A DNA stretch of 64,000 nucleotides from Takakia lepidozioides. Its lineage: Eukaryota; Plantae; Bryophyta. Position numbers and translations under genes: made by a program. Each line of letters starts with the position of its first letter. The stretch's first letter is position 1. Under the pieces are notes generated by a model, which had not been told where the DNA came from, made no database searches, and worked only from the letters and a program-made list of their open reading frames with translations. Location: positions 7,626,001 through 7,690,000 of the forward strand of contig CM060731.1 of assembly GCA_030704615.1 (NCBI GenBank), in the 5' to 3' direction. Shown piece by piece: positions 62,431 through 64,000 of this stretch.

Positions 62431-62909
62431 GCCGCACCCTACCAGGACGTAATGGCTGCCCACGAATGACGCGGACATCTCCCGCCTAATGACACACCCC
62501 TCCTCAAACCTAATCGTCACTCACTGCATGTTGTTTGCCTCTCTGTTTGTACAAGTCGCAGCTACTCGCCCCCATTTGTGCTATGAAGCTTATGATCGCT
62601 ATAGGAAGGTTAGAGGATAAGGCGAATCGCAAGTTTAGTGGGTGGGTATCCAAAGTCAGGAACTAAACTCACCCATCTATCGACTATTTGAACGTTGCTT
62701 CCACCTCCTTTATGGCAGCAATCCGGCGCTCTCGGAACTTCTCGTACTCAATGAGAGGGATTCGAAGACCTTCCGCTTCACCATGGACACTCAGAAACGA
62801 TACTTATAGTATACTATAGATATAGAAATAGCACATTGGCAGCTGGTGCAAAACAAGAGACAATGCACTGTGCGTAGCATGCAAAGAGGGAAGGGGTGAC
62901 GTTCAAAGC

Positions 62910-64000
62910 ATGTACAGTGCAGGTGGCGACCGGATGCGTAGGCGTAGAATAGATGACCGTCTATGGCAAATGGAAGAAGCTTATGCCACAAAGAATGGGC
63001 ATACAAAAATGCTATGCAACTGCGATGAGTGTCATGGAGAAAAAGTACTGTTGTTGGAAACAGTGAGGAATCATTACATGATACACGGGAGGGATCCTCT
63101 TCTCTGACGTTGTTCTCTTTCAGTAAGATCGTCACTTTCCCTTCAGCACTTTAGTTTGAATTTTGAATGCAACGATCCTCTTCTCCACATGTCGACATTT
63201 CGTTGGGTGATTGTAGTCAAGAAGTCATAAGATACAGACATGACTATGACTACGCCACTTTCCGTTATCACTTTAATTAATGCACATGTCGTGTTTTCAT
63301 TGGTCATGTGTAGTCATGTAGTCATATATGACTAAGTAAGTGACTGCAACTATGACTTCAATGGCTACAAATGTCGTGTTTTGATTGGGTGTATATTCAT
63401 AAGATACATACGTAAATATGACTGCATCACTGCAACGTCACCGTGCCTCCTATGTCATAATATGAACAAGTGTCACATCGTTGTTGGTCCACTCACAAGA
63501 TGACTATTGGGATGCAGGGATGTGAATATTCAGATGATGAAGACGAAGGCCCTGTGGTACAGCCCAATGTCACAGAGAACGCAGATGAGAGTGGTGGATT
63601 GGAGGTAGAAATGCAGCGTGCATTGCAGGAAGCGTTTCTCTTTGCAGATGCAAATAGAGATGACCCCATTCATGGTGGAACCGATCACACATTTGCCGAT
63701 CATGACGATGATCTCGACAATTCCGGAGACAATGAATTTGATGAGAATGCTCACCTGCACGTTGATCTCGAGTATGATAAACTCTTCCGACAGTCGCAAT
63801 GTCCACTTTTTGAAGGGTGCTCCATCAGCCGGCTGCAAGCAACTTTGACGTTGCTGAACGCATGCACTACCCACAAGTGCACCCAATGCATTTGTGGATG
63901 AGCTTCTGGGATTGTTGCATAAGAGTTTTTTGCCTAAAGAGAATTCATTGCCGAAAACTCACTATGAAGCAAAAACCATGATTGCCAAGATGGGATTGCA
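62910..64000 (+). CDS. CACTA TnpD/Tnp2 transposase N-terminus (partial, spliced)
   Basis: MLCNCDEC.....VRNHYMIHG (transposase-associated Zn domain); PLFEGCSISRL...FVDELLGLLHK.FLPKENSLPKTHYEAK. Confidence 0.85.

Larger units (their letters stand above)
48568..64000. mobile_element. Nested, probably autonomous CACTA (left end at 48568; right end beyond the window) with divergent TnpA-like (-) and TnpD (+) genes
   Basis: The CACTACAACAGAT terminus cuts the upstream transposase ORF; ATGACTAC/GACACGTG subterminal repeats to ~49270; same TIR start as the 29212 element. Confidence 0.75.

Overview
Eukaryotic, TE-dense window with no intact host gene. PLS-class PPR fragments, CACTA, Helitron, L1 and Ty3/gypsy elements point to a land plant, probably a bryophyte, lycophyte or fern (inference). 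Single-base frameshifts are frequent in otherwise clean ORFs and may partly be long-read errors. From left to right: a relic of a MULE-like SWIM transposase; a ~1 kb/121 bp tandem array; a 5'-truncated chromovirus Ty3/gypsy; a 15.2 kb TIR-bounded Mutator-like element (10060-25221); an L1 LINE split by a 5.2 kb PPR-carrying Pack-CACTA (GCT TSD); an AT-rich Helitron region with a captured RING-H2 fragment; two nested CACTA elements, one with an FCP1-like domain in its TnpA-like gene; and a non-chromovirus Ty3/gypsy with an extra 3' ORF. The standout is the 15.2 kb element. It encodes a GCM-like/DDE/SWIM transposase on the minus strand and, divergently, a ~10-exon gene fusing a ParB/Srx-like domain (DGNHR) to a beta-class N6A/N4C DNA-methyltransferase-like domain. 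Between the two genes is a ~53-bp-periodic array of ~30 palindromes (GGAAATGCGGYRCCGCATTTCC). The same palindrome recurs in introns, in a second array, and at the centre of a head-to-head pair of unknown ~180-aa paralogues. This is a candidate transposon-encoded site-recognition / self-marking (anti-silencing) system. All domain calls are by-eye motif recognition, not database hits.
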